From: an uncultured bacterium
Lineage (GTDB): Bacteria > Actinomycetota > Coriobacteriia > Coriobacteriales > Coriobacteriaceae
Direction: 5' to 3'
DNA: 51,814 bases
Assembly: GCA_905216045.1 (NCBI GenBank)
Contig: CAJMSL010000001.1
Location: 1-51,814, forward strand
Position 1 is the stretch's first letter, and every line of letters starts with the position of its first letter. The notes beneath the pieces are model-generated. The model saw only the letters and a program-made list of their open reading frames with translations. It ran no database searches and was not told where the DNA came from. Shown here one piece after another: positions 27,605 to 35,917 of this stretch. The translations under genes were made by a program, and so were the position numbers.

Positions 27605-29149
27605 CTAGTCCTTGGGCGTCCAGGACCAGAAGAAGTTGATAAGGGCTACACGCGAGGCGGTACCGGCCTTTTTGTTGATCGAGGAAATGTGGCGGTAGAG
27701 CGTGAAGCGCGAAAGAAAGAGCGTTGTGGCGATGTCCTGAACGCTCTGGTCCGAAACGACCAAGACCTCAAGAATATCGCGCTCGCGCTCTGTAAGCCCA
27801 AAGGTGGCGACGAAGGCATCGAGGCGTTCATCGGACGTGAGCTCCGCTGCCTCCACGGGCTCGGGGTCGGAGCATGTGGGCGCAAGATCCCCACCAAGAT
27901 CGTCGGTGGCAAGCGGCAGTCCGTCCCGCATCGCGGCATCATCGGCTCGTTGCCCCAACTGCCCCAGCAGCGTAATCGCAATGCCCACAAACATCACGAG
28001 CGCCGCACCGACCGCAGCCAGCACATTTTGACTCGAGATAATCGCCACTGCCGGCGCCGTCACGAACATCGAGCACACGTTGTTGACGACGCGACCCATG
28101 CACGGCCAAAAATATGACCAGCGCGCATAGAGCGAGACGGCGGCATATTTTGTGGTAAAGAACACCACGAAAAAGCCCGAGCCCAGATAAAAGATGATCG
28201 TGGCAGCAAGCTCGTTGCCGCCATTGCCATCGACGATGAGCACAAAGAACGAAAGCGTGGACAGTATGGCGGCACATGTCATGCCGATATTCATATACGA
28301 GCGGCCGTGCAGGTCAAATAGTGCGCCAGCGACCAACGAGCTCACGACAAGCAGCAGGCGCGGCCAATCGCCCAAATCGACGGTTCCGACAGCATGCAGG
28401 GTCGTGAAGCCCGCGTTGAGAGCGGCGAATACGCTGGAAAGATACGCCGTCGCCACGGTCAGGCGAACTACGGCGCGACGGAATGCCGCCTTTGCCTCGG
28501 GATCGTCATGCCACTTGGCGCCATATTCCAGAGCATCTACCGAAAGCCCGGCAGCACTGGGTTCAAAGCTGGGATCGGACTCGTCGCGCAGCTTGGCGCG
28601 TCGGGCACCGTGGAGCAACGCCACCTGCGCGATCGCACAGACGACCAGAACAGCCTGCTGAGGAATGCCGACAGGCATCACCATGTGGTTGAGAACCTGC
28701 ACCAGAACGCCCATGGCGTAAGAAAGTGCGGCGGCGCGCGCCAAGCAGGGCGTTCGCGCAAAGCGCCTCGCAAAATTTGCATGAGCAGTCGATCCGCAGT
28801 AGCCCAGCGCGCAGCACGCCACCAAACCGCCGGCAATTACCACCTCAACCTGAACCGCCATAATCAACAGCAGCAATGCCGCCACCAGCAAAACGCCCGT
28901 GACGTCACTCGTTGCGTCGATAGCATGGGGACGGCGATAGTACAGAATGGGACGCACAAAGAAGCCAATCACGCTCGCGCCGATGACAAGGCTCTCATAA
29001 ATAACAACCTCGTCCGGAGACACGAACTCGGCCATGCGCACATCAAAAAGATACTCGCACGCCAAAAACGTGAAGAAGAACAGCGCCAGGCATATAATCT
29101 CCCGAATGCCCCGACGCAAATATGCGGTTGTGTCTCCCATGCCCCTCAT
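27605..29149 (-). CDS. Polytopic membrane LuxR-family one-component regulator
   Basis: About 12 hydrophobic segments then FGLTERERDIL..IA..LFLS..T..RH HTH; start uncertain (29140-29170). Confidence 0.88.
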   Translation of the reverse strand: MRGMGDTTAYLRRGIREIICLALFFFTFLACEYLFDVRMAEFVSPDEVVIYESLVIGASVIGFFVRPILYYRRPHAIDATSDVTGVLLVAALLLLIMAVQVEVVIAGGLVACCALGYCGSTAHANFARRFARTPCLARAAALSYAMGVLVQVLNHMVMPVGIPQQAVLVVCAIAQVALLHGARRAKLRDESDPSFEPSAAGLSVDALEYGAKWHDDPEAKAAFRRAVVRLTVATAYLSSVFAALNAGFTTLHAVGTVDLGDWPRLLLVVSSLVAGALFDLHGRSYMNIGMTCAAILSTLSFFVLIVDGNGGNELAATIIFYLGSGFFVVFFTTKYAAVSLYARWSYFWPCMGRVVNNVCSMFVTAPAVAIISSQNVLAAVGAALVMFVGIAITLLGQLGQRADDAAMRDGLPLATDDLGGDLAPTCSDPEPVEAAELTSDERLDAFVATFGLTERERDILEVLVVSDQSVQDIATTLFLSRFTLYRHISSINKKAGTASRVALINFFWSWTPKD

Positions 29150-29334
29150 GGTTAACCCCCAGCCGCTCAATTGTCTGGAAATCTATTTTAATAAAGAACC
29201 AGTCTCAATATCGAAGCCAGGCTCGAAATGCTGCCAATTCGACCCCAGCCGTCCACATCACGCCGCGATTTTGAGCCGCATGGACCAGAAGGGACACGCG
29301 CGATCTCTAGCTCGGCCAGGAGTGTCTCCAACTA

Positions 29335-29365
29335 CCACTCATTTAAGTACGTCCCCAATGAGTGG
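29335..29365. repeat. GTCCCC-loop hairpin with compensatory stem
   Basis: CCACTCATT-TAAGTACGTCCCC-AATGAGTGG. Confidence 0.75.
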
Positions 29366-29510
29366 CCGAAGAGTGTCCCCCGCGTCCAATCAAAAAATGG
29401 GCCATGTGTCCCAGTTGTGGAGACTCGTTGAGCCGTCTGGGTATCGTGAAAGATCGCGCACTCCCCCATCATCAAAAGTGACACACGCTACCAGTTGATG
29501 GGAGGCAGCC

Positions 29511-30248
29511 ATGGGCTTCTTTGACAAGATGTTCGAGAAGAAAGAGTGCGCGATTTGCGGTACCGAGCTGGGACTTCTAGGTAAGACAAAAATCAATGAA
29601 GGCTACCTGTGCAAAGAGTGCGCCGGCAAGCTCTCCCCCTACTTTCACGGCTATCGCTCCAGCACCGCGGACGATATCCGTGAGCAACTCGCCTACCGCG
29701 AGGCCAACGCCGAGCGCCTGTCTTCGTTCAACCCCACGCGCACGCTTTCTGCCGGGCGCACCAATATTATGCTCGATGAGGACGCGGGCCTGCTGATCAT
29801 CACTTCGCAGAGCCGCTGGCGCGACGCCAATCCCGACATCATCGAGTTCTCGCAGGTACTCGGCTGCGATATGGATATCGACGAGCAGCGCACCGAGATC
29901 TATCGCGAGACCAAGGACGGCGAGCGCGAGAGCTACAACCCGCCGCGCTACGACCTGGATTACGACTTTAATCTGACCATCCACGTCAACACGCCGTACT
30001 TTACCGAGATCAACCTGCGCGTGAACGACTCCACCATCGATCAGCGCGGCTCCATCGAATACCGCGAGGCCAAGCGCCAGGCAACCGAAGTCCGCGATGC
30101 GCTGGTGCAGCTGCGCCAGGAGACGCGCGACAGCGTCGTGGCCGCCAAGGCCCCCAAGACCGCGGTGACCTGCCCCTTCTGCGGAGCCACCACCATTCCC
30201 GATGCCAGCGGGCGCTGCGAATACTGCGGCGGCGCCATCGGCGCATAG
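29511..30248 (+). CDS. DUF4428-like protein with N- and C-terminal Zn ribbons
   Basis: KKECAICG..GYLCKEC N-terminus; CPFCG..CEYCG C-terminus; GGAGG RBS. Confidence 0.8.
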   Translation: MGFFDKMFEKKECAICGTELGLLGKTKINEGYLCKECAGKLSPYFHGYRSSTADDIREQLAYREANAERLSSFNPTRTLSAGRTNIMLDEDAGLLIITSQSRWRDANPDIIEFSQVLGCDMDIDEQRTEIYRETKDGERESYNPPRYDLDYDFNLTIHVNTPYFTEINLRVNDSTIDQRGSIEYREAKRQATEVRDALVQLRQETRDSVVAAKAPKTAVTCPFCGATTIPDASGRCEYCGGAIGA

Positions 30249-30272
30249 CCCCCGGCACGGAAAGGACCGATC

Positions 30273-31595
30273 ATGGCCTTCGAGAGCGTTAACTATCAGT
30301 GCCCTGCCTGCGGTGGCCCCTTGCATTTTGCAAGCGCCGAGCAAAAGCTCGTCTGCGACTACTGTGACTCGCGCTTTGAAGTCGAAGAAGTCGAGGCCCT
30401 CTATCGCGAGCGCCAGGACAAGGCCGATGCCAAAGCCGATGCGGCAGCCGCAACGCCCAAGCCTGCTGTCGACGATGCCGTGCAGGAGCTGGCCCAAAAC
30501 GCCGGCTACATCTGCTCGTCGTGCGGCGCCGAGCTCGTGTCCGACGGCACCGTCGCCGTCACCACCTGCCCGTACTGCGGCAACTCCGCCGTGGCGCCCG
30601 GCCAGCTCTCGGGCGACTGCTCGCCCGACCTGGTAATTCCGTTTAAGCTCGGCCGCGACGACGTTATGGCCGCGCTCAAAGAGCACTACAAGGGCAAGAT
30701 CCTGCTGCCCAAGAGCTTTGTCACCGGCAACCACATCGACGAAGTCCAAGGCGTTTACGTGCCGTTTTGGCTTTACGGCGCCCGCGTGGACGGCGAAGTG
30801 TGCTTCGATGCGACCAACGAGACCGTGACCGAGGAATCCGACCGCACCGTCACGACCACCGACCACTACGACGCCTACCGCAAGGGAAACATCTCGTTTA
30901 AGCGCGTGCCCGTCGACGGATCGTCCAAGATGCCCGACGGCCACATGGCCGCCATCGCGCCGTTTGACTACGATGCCCTGCGCCCGATTTCGGTCGCGTA
31001 TATGCCCGGCTACATCGCCAACCGCTACGACGAGGCCTGCGAAACCTGCAAGGCGCGCGCCGAACGCCGCATGGAGGAAAGCACGATCTCGGCCCTGCGC
31101 GAAACCGTCGTCGACGAATACGACGATGCCACGGTCGAAAGCAAGCAGCTCGACTACACCTGGGAAGACAGCGACTATGCCCTGTTCCCCGTGTGGATGC
31201 TTTCCACCTCGTGGAACGGCAAGAGCTACCTGTTTGCCATGAACGGCCAAACCGGCCGTATGGTCGGCGAGCTTCCTTGCTCCAAGCCCAAGCTCGCTAT
31301 CGCCTCGGTGCTGTTCTTTGTGATCGGATTTGTCCTCTCCCAGATCCTCTTCATGGGTGAGAACGCCTTCGATCCGGATTACCTCACCTTTGATATCGAG
31401 GGCATCCTCATCAACATCGTCGCGCCGCTGATCATCGTGGTCATCGCAGACGTGCTGCTGGTGGGCCAGCTCAAGACGGCCAACGAGGCCACCCACGCCG
31501 ATTGCTACTGTGGCGAGCTCGACCTGACCGAGAAGCACGACACCTTCAGCCACACCGAGACCACCGTTGTCATGAAGGACGACAAGGACGATTAA
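30273..31595 (+). CDS. Double Zn-ribbon membrane protein (YdjG-like)
   Basis: CPACGG..CDYC, CSSCGA..CPYCG, G.YVPFW, PVW, MNGQTG, two C-terminal TMs. Confidence 0.75.
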   Translation: MAFESVNYQCPACGGPLHFASAEQKLVCDYCDSRFEVEEVEALYRERQDKADAKADAAAATPKPAVDDAVQELAQNAGYICSSCGAELVSDGTVAVTTCPYCGNSAVAPGQLSGDCSPDLVIPFKLGRDDVMAALKEHYKGKILLPKSFVTGNHIDEVQGVYVPFWLYGARVDGEVCFDATNETVTEESDRTVTTTDHYDAYRKGNISFKRVPVDGSSKMPDGHMAAIAPFDYDALRPISVAYMPGYIANRYDEACETCKARAERRMEESTISALRETVVDEYDDATVESKQLDYTWEDSDYALFPVWMLSTSWNGKSYLFAMNGQTGRMVGELPCSKPKLAIASVLFFVIGFVLSQILFMGENAFDPDYLTFDIEGILINIVAPLIIVVIADVLLVGQLKTANEATHADCYCGELDLTEKHDTFSHTETTVVMKDDKDD

Positions 31596-31643
31596 CCATC
31601 CTGACCAATACCACCCGGCCTTTGACGAGAAAGGAAGATCACC

Positions 31644-32879
31644 ATGGGACTCTTGAAAGCTGGATTGGGTGCTGCCGGCGGCGTCATGGCCGACCAGTGG
31701 AAGGAATTTATCTACTGCGAATCGATGCCCGCTGACGTCTTGGCCTGCAAGGGCAGCAAGCGCACCGGCGGCCGCAGCTCCAACACGCGCGGCGAGGACA
31801 ACGTCATCTCCAACGGCTCGGTCATCGCCGTCAACGACGGCCAGGGCATGCTCGTGGTGCAAAACGGCAAGATCATCGAAGTCGCGCTGGAGCCCGGTGA
31901 GTTCGTCTTTGACACCGGCAGCGAGCCGAGCGTCTTTAGCGGCAACCTGGGCGACTCCATCAAGGAGACCTTCGCCAATATCGGCAGCCGCTTTACCTTT
32001 GGCGGCGACGCGGGCAAGGACCAGCGCGTCTACTTCATCAACACCAAGGAGATCATCGGCAACAAGTACGGCACCGCCTCTCCCGTGCCCTTCCGCGTAG
32101 TCGACAACAATATCGGTCTGGATGTCGACATCTCCGTTCGCTGCAACGGCGAGTATTCGTACCGTATCACCAACCCGCTGCTGTTCTACACCAATGTGTG
32201 CGGCAACGTGACCGATAGCTATACGCGCGACAAGATCGACAGCCAGCTTAAGTCCGAGCTGCTCACCGCCCTGCAGCCCGCCTTTGCCAAGATCTCGGAG
32301 ATGGGCATCCGCTACAGCGCCATCCCCGGCCACACCACCGAGCTCGCCCGCGCGCTCAACGAGGTCCTCTCTGCCGACTGGCGTGACCTGCGCGGCGTTG
32401 AGATCGTAAGCTTTGGCGTCAACTCCATCGCCGCCTCGCAAGAAGACGAGCAGATGATCAAGGACCTGCAGAAAGCCGCGGTCATGCGCGATCCCACCAT
32501 GGCGGCAGCCAACATCGCCAGCGCCCAGAGCGATGCGATGCGCGCGGCAGCCGCCAACCCCAACGGCGCGATGGCAGGCTTTATGGGCATGGGCATGGCA
32601 GGTGGCATGGGCGGCATGAACGCTAGCCAGCTGTTCGCCGCCGGTCAGGCACAGCAGCAGGCTGCCCCGCAGCCGGCTCCGGCACCCGCCCCGGCTCCTG
32701 TCGCCGCACCTGCGGCCGGCACGTGGACCTGCAGCTGCGGCGCCACCAACACCGGCAAGTTCTGCTCCGAGTGCGGTAGTCCCGCACCCGCCCCGGCACC
32801 GGCCAAGTGGTTCTGCCCCAACTGCGGCAGCGAAAACGGCGGCAAGTTCTGCAGCAACTGCGGAACGCCCAGGCCCTAG
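31644..32879 (+). CDS. SPFH-domain protein with C-terminal Zn ribbons (YdjI-like)
   Basis: DQWKEF, ISNGS.I.V, RVYFINTKE, G/M/A-rich linker, WTCSCG..FCSECG, WFCPNCG..FCSNCG. Confidence 0.8.
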   Translation: MGLLKAGLGAAGGVMADQWKEFIYCESMPADVLACKGSKRTGGRSSNTRGEDNVISNGSVIAVNDGQGMLVVQNGKIIEVALEPGEFVFDTGSEPSVFSGNLGDSIKETFANIGSRFTFGGDAGKDQRVYFINTKEIIGNKYGTASPVPFRVVDNNIGLDVDISVRCNGEYSYRITNPLLFYTNVCGNVTDSYTRDKIDSQLKSELLTALQPAFAKISEMGIRYSAIPGHTTELARALNEVLSADWRDLRGVEIVSFGVNSIAASQEDEQMIKDLQKAAVMRDPTMAAANIASAQSDAMRAAAANPNGAMAGFMGMGMAGGMGGMNASQLFAAGQAQQQAAPQPAPAPAPAPVAAPAAGTWTCSCGATNTGKFCSECGSPAPAPAPAKWFCPNCGSENGGKFCSNCGTPRP

Positions 32880-32960
32880 CCCCTCTATCCGGTAATTGGC
32901 GGGGAGGTCCGCCACCCCCGCATTTGCTTCTATGGGTTTCGTTCGATAAAGGAGGACACC

Positions 32961-33803
32961 ATGAAGACAACGTTCAAAAAGTCCGCACTCGCATTTCTGA
33001 CATGCGTCCTGGCGCTCGCCTTTGCCCTGACGGGCTGCAGCGGCGGCGGCAAAGACCCCAAGGCCAACTTCGTCGGCAGCTGGGAACTCTCGGGTGGAAC
33101 CGTGGATGGCGAAGAGCTAACCGATGAGTACATGAAGATGCTCGAGGATTGGGGTGTCCACTGCGTCCTGATTCTCGATGAGGACGGTACAGGTGCCCTC
33201 GACCTGTTCCTTGAAGTCGTCGACCTTAAATGGGAGGCAAAGGACGCCACCACCGTAACCCTCACCGCCGAAGACGAGTCGTATGACATGAAGCTCAAGG
33301 ACGGCAAACTCATCCTCGAAGAAGATGACGGAAATCTTGTCTTTACCAAGTCCGACAAGGACCTGTCCGGCACGGTGAAGAAGGATCGCGAGGCGGCCGA
33401 GAAGGAAGAGGAGATCGATGAGGCCGTCGAAGACGACGATGTCCAGAACGTCGAAATCTCCCCCGCCGTCACCGTCGCCGATGACGATCTGTGCACCATC
33501 ACCATCACCGAGAAGCTCAAGGACGACTGGGGCGATATCGGCTTTGTCGTCAACATCACCAACAAGAGTGACAAGGACCTGACCTTCTACGCCCCCACCG
33601 GCAAGACCAACGTCAACGGCACCATGAAGGAAGCCTGGTTCTCGGCTCACCTGATGCCCGGCACCAACGCCACCGAGGAATTCACGTTCTCGAACGGCAC
33701 GCTCGATAGCCTTGACGACCTCGTCAATACGACCATCGGCATCGACGCCTACCTGACCGATTCCTACGAGGACGTCGCCTCTTACAGCGCAACCATCGCG
33801 TAA
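32961..33803 (+). CDS. Acidic two-domain lipoprotein
   Basis: Signal peptide with LTGC lipobox, FVGSWEL; AGGAGG RBS. Confidence 0.85.
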   Translation: MKTTFKKSALAFLTCVLALAFALTGCSGGGKDPKANFVGSWELSGGTVDGEELTDEYMKMLEDWGVHCVLILDEDGTGALDLFLEVVDLKWEAKDATTVTLTAEDESYDMKLKDGKLILEEDDGNLVFTKSDKDLSGTVKKDREAAEKEEEIDEAVEDDDVQNVEISPAVTVADDDLCTITITEKLKDDWGDIGFVVNITNKSDKDLTFYAPTGKTNVNGTMKEAWFSAHLMPGTNATEEFTFSNGTLDSLDDLVNTTIGIDAYLTDSYEDVASYSATIA

Positions 33804-34421
33804 CGGCAGATACCGATAGCCGCGGATTGGCGGACATATCCGCGCACATGCCAGGCGCATGATGTTGTCGTAGCCGGTCTTATTGAGAATCTCCGAGATG
33901 CGGCGTTTGATGGTGCCCTCGCTCATAAACAGCTCGGCCGCGATCTCGCGGCGGCTCTTACCCTCGCAGGCAAGGCGCAAGATCGACAGCTCGACATCGT
34001 CGAGGGCCGCCGTGCCCGAGAAGATGCTCTCGGGCGGCTTGGGAAACGTGCAGTAACCCGCCAGCGCGGAGCGCATCACGGCGAACAGCTCGTCGATACC
34101 GACGTTCTTGTACACAAAGCTGTCGACGCCCGCCTCGCGCGCCTGGTCCACAAAGGTGATTTCGGGCATACCCGTCATGATAATGACGCGGCACTCGGGC
34201 AGTTGTTCTTTAATGCGCGCCGCCGCCACGATGCCGTTGGAATCATGCTCGGTGCATACGTCCATCAGTATCATGTCCGGGCGCTCCTTGAGCGCGACAC
34301 CCAAGGCCTCGGAAGCATCGGCAATGGCGGAAACAACGGTCATATCGGGCTGGTCGCCAACGGAGCGCGCTAGGCTCTCGCGCAGGATGGCCTGGTCTTC
34401 GACTATAAGGACGCGGATCAT
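33117..34421 (-). CDS. NarL/LuxR-type response regulator, native 3' end apparently lost (homology ends ~33850)
   Basis: REC (VEDQ, LMD, YK) + HTH (EIAAELFMSEGTIKRRISEILNK); ORF then runs antisense through the lipoprotein gene. Confidence 0.75.
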   Translation of the reverse strand: MIRVLIVEDQAILRESLARSVGDQPDMTVVSAIADASEALGVALKERPDMILMDVCTEHDSNGIVAAARIKEQLPECRVIIMTGMPEITFVDQAREAGVDSFVYKNVGIDELFAVMRSALAGYCTFPKPPESIFSGTAALDDVELSILRLACEGKSRREIAAELFMSEGTIKRRISEILNKTGYDNIMRLACARICPPIRGYRYLPLRDGCAVRGDVLVGIGQVGVDADGRIDEVVKAIERAVREREFLGGVGAGHQVSREPGFLHGAVDVGLAGGGVEGQVLVTLVGDVDDKADIAPVVLELLGDGDGAQIVIGDGDGGGDFDVLDIVVFDGLIDLLFLLGRLAILLHRAGQVLVGLGKDKISVIFFEDEFAVLELHVIRLVFGGEGYGGGVLCLPFKVDDFKEQVEGTCTVLIENQDAVDTPILEHLHVLIG

Positions 34422-35917
34422 GAGCTTCTCCTTTGAGCTGTGGCGCTGGCGTTGAGCGGGATGGACACCGCAAGCGTAAAGGGCGGGGCGGCATGGATTT
34501 CCAGGCAGCCGCCCAGATCTTGCGCGACATGCCTCATACCTGGGATACCCGTTCCCTCGCGATACGATACGGGTGCAGGCGCGCCGTCGTTAGAAACGGT
34601 CATCCGCGCAACAGCGCTGTCTTCCGACGTCTCCCGCCACAGGCGCACATGGACCCGATGGGCCTGTGCATGCTTGGTGGCATTGGTCGAGGCCTCACGG
34701 ATAATCTGCAAAAATGCGGCGGCGACACGCGCGTCCTCAGGCAGCGCACCCTCAACATCGATCTGCACACTCACCAGGCCAAAAGCATGGACGATATCAC
34801 CCAGCTGCTCTGCAGGCTCGCTGGCACCGCCACTGCGCAAATCGGCGGCAATTGAGCGCAGCAGCGGGTCGATCTGCTCGAGCGACTCGTCATCCAGGCG
34901 CCCCTCCTCCAGATAACGATGGAGGATGGACAGGCGCTGCCCGATCACGTCGTGCACGCGAGCGCGCATACGCAGATAGGCCGCATTGTCAGCAACTTTT
35001 TTGACTTCTTCGATCTGGGCTTGGAGCTCTTGGCCCGCAAGCTCAAGCAGGTGGTTGGCTTGCGCTAGGCGATCATGAGCATGCGCATACTCTGTTACAT
35101 CCAGGCCGATAATGCGCTCAAAGAGGCGGCCCGAAACCATAACGTCATCGTGCACAAACAAGCGAATCTCGGCGGGAGAAACCTCGACCACCGCCCGCGC
35201 CTCACCAAAGCGGTCCAGATTAATCCGCACACGGTTCTGGCTGCTTTCGGGCATTTGCATGCTGAGTTTGCGCAGGCCGTTCCATGTACCGCTCATATCG
35301 CCTAGGTCGGTGGGCATATGAAGCTCCACCAGGTTTTTGCGCATGCAGCGGTTCATGAGCAGCGGACGGCCCCTCGGGTCCAGATACAGGATGCCCACGG
35401 GAATCACGTTGATGGTCTCGATCGTCGAGAACGCGGTGATATCCTCCTGGCGGTTACGGACGTCCATCAAGAGCGCCGCGATGGAACGGAACAGGAAGAA
35501 CGCTCCCTCTGCGATAAGGACAACGGTCCACGCCGAGCCCATGGCAAAAACCACCGGCGGCGTCACGGCGACAACAAGCAGCAGCTCGACCAGCATGACG
35601 GGGCGACGATAGCGCACCATAAGCACCACGCCATAGGCAAAGATTGCGGCATTGAGCCACAGCGCTCCGCCCATTGCCCTGGCGCAAACGTCAAGCGGCG
35701 CCACCAGATACGAGCCAGACGACGCGAACAGGATAAGCGCCGAAACCACCAGGTGAAGCACGAGGCTCGCCTCGTAGGTGCAAACCGCCTTACGGTTATA
35801 GGACGAGCGGCGCGATGCGATGAGCGGAACGTGGATCGTCTGCAGGCACGCAGCCAGGGCAAAGACAATATCGAGTGCAACGATTTGGGGAAGGATGAGC
35901 GAAATCTGCATCGTCAC
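34418..35917 (-). CDS. Membrane sensor histidine kinase (HisKA_3-type)
   Basis: RVHDVIGQRLS H-box, REASTNATKHA N-box, NDG, GTGI.GM. Confidence 0.88.
   Translation of the reverse strand: MTMQISLILPQIVALDIVFALAACLQTIHVPLIASRRSSYNRKAVCTYEASLVLHLVVSALILFASSGSYLVAPLDVCARAMGGALWLNAAIFAYGVVLMVRYRRPVMLVELLLVVAVTPPVVFAMGSAWTVVLIAEGAFFLFRSIAALLMDVRNRQEDITAFSTIETINVIPVGILYLDPRGRPLLMNRCMRKNLVELHMPTDLGDMSGTWNGLRKLSMQMPESSQNRVRINLDRFGEARAVVEVSPAEIRLFVHDDVMVSGRLFERIIGLDVTEYAHAHDRLAQANHLLELAGQELQAQIEEVKKVADNAAYLRMRARVHDVIGQRLSILHRYLEEGRLDDESLEQIDPLLRSIAADLRSGGASEPAEQLGDIVHAFGLVSVQIDVEGALPEDARVAAAFLQIIREASTNATKHAQAHRVHVRLWRETSEDSAVARMTVSNDGAPAPVSYREGTGIPGMRHVAQDLGGCLEIHAAPPFTLAVSIPLNASATAQRRSS

Noticed and set aside
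29577..32915. 1112-aa minus-strand ORF (and similar long antisense ORFs at 756-2555, 2870-4420, 16892-18892)
   Set aside because: Shadow ORFs opposite well-supported genes in high-GC DNA; no recognisable motifs.
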